Source of the DNA: Octopus sinensis
Lineage: Eukaryota
Assembly: GCF_006345805.1 (NCBI RefSeq)
Contig: NC_043014.1
Location: 18,848,001-18,912,000, forward strand
Direction: 5' to 3'
Length of the DNA stretch: 64,000 bases
Position numbers and translations under genes: made by a program. Numbering within the stretch: position 1 is the first letter of the stretch; every line of letters begins with the position of its first letter. This document shows positions 63,040-64,000 of this stretch, one piece after another. The notes under the pieces were generated by a model. The model had not been told where the DNA came from, did no database searches, and saw only the letters and a list, made by a program, of their open reading frames with translations.

Positions 63040-64000
63040 ATTTAATAGTGTTTCCTTCTTACAGTCATTCTTTGAATAGCGTTGCCCATTTGAGTAATGA
63101 GTTATTGCTTGCAGAGGTATATCCAAGTGTAGGGGTTTATCTAGAATTTGTTGGAGATATTCCTCCAGGGCCCGTTTGAATGTTATGCAAACTTTTTATT
63201 CTTTTATGTCTCTTGACATGATGTTAAAGAGAGTAAGGCCAGCTGAGGCGAAATAACTCTGTCTTAGTGTTGTGAGGTGACACGGGCGTGATTTTTATAA
63301 AGGACGGACAGCACGGGGACCAAACCTTGGGTGACTTCTAAAGTCGATGCCAATATCATTTGAGCAGTGCTGCTGGAATATTTTGAGCATCATAGAAATG
63401 ATCTAGCGCTTATAGCGGCGTTGGAGGAAATAAAGTTTGAGATTCTGAAGACGATCCCAATAATCAAGACTTGTCATATCGTCTACTTTCCTTTTGCTCG
63501 ATCCCTTGGGTGCTTCATTTTTATATTTTATTTCATATAGGGAGACCACAACTGACAACAATATTTAAGGTGAAGACGGGTGAAAGTGGAACAGCATTGT
63601 TTCTGCAAACAATATTTAAGGTGAAGACGGGTGAAAGTAGAGAAGAGAAAGATAATGGTAGGAGGGTCTCATGACGGAAAAGTCTTCAACGATTCAGGAA
63701 CACGCCCTGCCGGCCATGTCGACTTAGTCGTTTATGTTGACACTCCAGCTTAAGTTGTTGACAGTTACGGCGAGGACCCTAGCTGTGTTTGATGCTACAA
63801 GGTTTTCGCCCGAAGGAAGAGTGTATGATAGTTTAAGTGTAGACTCTTTACTGAAGTAGATTAGTTAAAATTTATTCTCGTTTAGCTACATATAGTGTTT
63901 TCCGCGCATCCATTAACATCGAGTAGATCCGATTAGAGATTAGTTCGATCTCCTGCATTGCCGACAAAATTTCAGAAGCTTAACGGCATCTGCGAATATT
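63040..64000 (-). mobile_element. CR1-clade LINE, RT C-terminal half and 3' end, decayed; runs off the window
   Basis: Minus-strand segments STFTRLHLKYCCQLWSPY, LDYWDRLQNLKLY, KIFQQHCSNDIGIDFRSHPRFGPRA, RQSYFASAGLTLFNIMSRDIKE and FKRALEEYLQQI. A 31-bp direct repeat lies at 63557-63587 and 63608-63638. Confidence 0.85.

Overview
AT-rich, microsatellite-saturated eukaryotic genomic DNA, mostly intergenic or intronic. The SINE families and the repeat texture suggest an octopod cephalopod (Octopus-like); this is inference from recall, not a database hit. Most ORF-track entries are translations of (TA)n/(TACA)n/(CA)n/(TATC)n repeats and are not genes. The only credible host coding sequence is a poly-Q, SPK-repeat first-exon candidate at 60664-61699 (+) ending in a phase-1 GT donor. 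The rest is transposon debris: two Tx1/L1-type LINE fragments, RTE and CR1 fragments, three or four tRNA-derived SINE families, several Tc1/mariner/pogo pieces, and many Penelope-like element (PLE) insertions. The most notable hidden structure is a set of at least 8 minimal type-I hammerhead ribozyme motifs from about 6 unrelated sequence families. They sit in PLE terminal repeats or in short foldback elements and show C-G, U-A, G-C and U.G variants of the core 3-8 pair with palindromic stem-III loops. PLE hammerheads are a known class, so any novelty would lie in the specific families, the core variants and the short ORF-less foldback units. All structures were read by eye and none has been computationally folded or tested.
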